A DNA stretch of 5,984 nucleotides from Candidatus Iainarchaeum sp. (GTDB taxonomy: Archaea > Iainarchaeota > Iainarchaeia > Iainarchaeales > CSSED10-239), in the NCBI GenBank assembly GCA_937968065.1, contig CALBUD010000061.1, forward strand, positions 1 to 5,984, given 5' to 3'. Of this stretch, positions 5,372-5,984 are shown in pieces; the first letter of the stretch is position 1; each line of letters opens with the position of its first letter. A program made the position numbers and the translations under genes. The notes under the pieces were generated by a model. It did not search any database. It was not told the DNA's origin and was given only the letters and a program-made list of their open reading frames with translations.

Positions 5372-5984
5372 ATGACAATTGCATTAGTTGATAAAAATAT
5401 TAAAGAATTAATTTTTAAAAAAGTTTTTAAATCAGAATTTGATTTAAAAAAATATGTACAACCTGCAAGTTTAGATATACCTATTGGTAGTAAAGCATAT
5501 CTTATTAATGAAAAATTTATTCCATTTAAAAAAAATATTGAAAAAATAATTAAAGAAAATAATGTTATAGAAATGGATATAACAAAAGGAAAAGTACTTT
5601 ATAAAAATCAAACTTATTTAATACCTACAATTGAAGTTAATCTTTCAAAAGATTATTATATTAAGATAAGTCCTAAAAGTTCAATAGGGAGAATAGATTT
5701 ATTTGTAAGAGGTATTATTGATAATATTGGATATTATGATTATATTCCTTCTAAAACAAAAGGAAGATTATGGCTTGAAATTACACCGCAATCTTTTAAT
5801 GTTAAGATTAAAAAAGGTATTAGTCTAACACAATTAATGGTTCTTAGAAATAAAGAAAATAAAAATATAGATTTAAAAAATGAAAAAATAATGTATGATA
5901 ATAAAAATAGACTTATAAAAAATAATATTTATGATAAAAATAAAATTGTTTTATCATTAAATTTAAATAAAAATGATATATTTG
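5372..5984 (+). CDS. dcd: 2'-deoxycytidine 5'-triphosphate deaminase family protein, long (DCD/PF06559-like) type; 5' part only, truncated by the window end
   Basis: This ORF is not in the supplied track because it has no stop. I translated it by hand from the ATG at 5372, 5 nt after the folA stop, with GTGA at 5363..5366. It gives 204 complete codons with no stop through 5983. The protein is MTIALVDKNIKEL...VQPASLDIPIGSKAY...ISPKSSIGRIDLFVRGIIDN...GRLWLEITPQSF.V.I..G..L.Q. This matches the QPASLDLRLG, NPKSSTGRLD.FTR and L.LEI.P motifs I recall for the roughly 360-aa alphaproteobacterial-type DCD. It also matches the GRSS..R and VLEF (catalytic Glu, here E136) motifs of classical Dcd. Confidence 0.8.
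   Translation, partial: MTIALVDKNIKELIFKKVFKSEFDLKKYVQPASLDIPIGSKAYLINEKFIPFKKNIEKIIKENNVIEMDITKGKVLYKNQTYLIPTIEVNLSKDYYIKISPKSSIGRIDLFVRGIIDNIGYYDYIPSKTKGRLWLEITPQSFNVKIKKGISLTQLMVLRNKENKNIDLKNEKIMYDNKNRLIKNNIYDKNKIVLSLNLNKNDIF

Noticed and set aside
1-5984. CRISPR arrays, tRNA/rRNA genes, integrases and long terminal or inverted repeats.
   Set aside because: I found no regularly spaced direct repeats, no G+C-rich structured RNA-like islands and no recombinase-like ORFs on either strand. Apart from two short spacers, the window is filled by the nine + strand genes.

Overview
The window is extremely A+T-rich (by eye about three quarters A/T, not computed). Every supportable gene is on the + strand. 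The code is standard: TAA, TAG and TGA each end a well-conserved protein at its expected C-terminus, and Trp is TGG. A stand-alone, very basic 169-aa ORF (113..622) is followed by an 88-nt spacer. Eight co-directional genes then follow with gaps of 12, 0, 3, 20, -4, 23 and 5 nt, which looks like one operon. In order they are glyA (serine hydroxymethyltransferase), an intact DNPH1/Rcl-like 2'-deoxynucleoside 5'-phosphate N-glycosidase, a degenerate paralogue of it, a 167-aa Lys/Asn-rich orphan, tmk (dTMP kinase), thyA (canonical thymidylate synthase), folA (dihydrofolate reductase), and the N-terminal ~204 aa of a long-type dCTP deaminase that runs off the window. The full thymidylate cycle (SHMT + TS + DHFR), its upstream feeder (dCTP deaminase) and its downstream kinase are therefore encoded together. 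The part that ordinary thymidylate metabolism does not explain is the three-gene insert between glyA and tmk. It consists of a tandem DNPH1-like pair, whose second copy carries Gln in place of the catalytic nucleophile Glu and has lost the GGR of the glycine-rich loop, plus an unrecognisable orphan. I see no tRNA, rRNA, CRISPR array or intact mobile element. The source organism cannot be assigned from the sequence. It is probably a small-genome, very low-GC prokaryote, and a large phage cannot be excluded.
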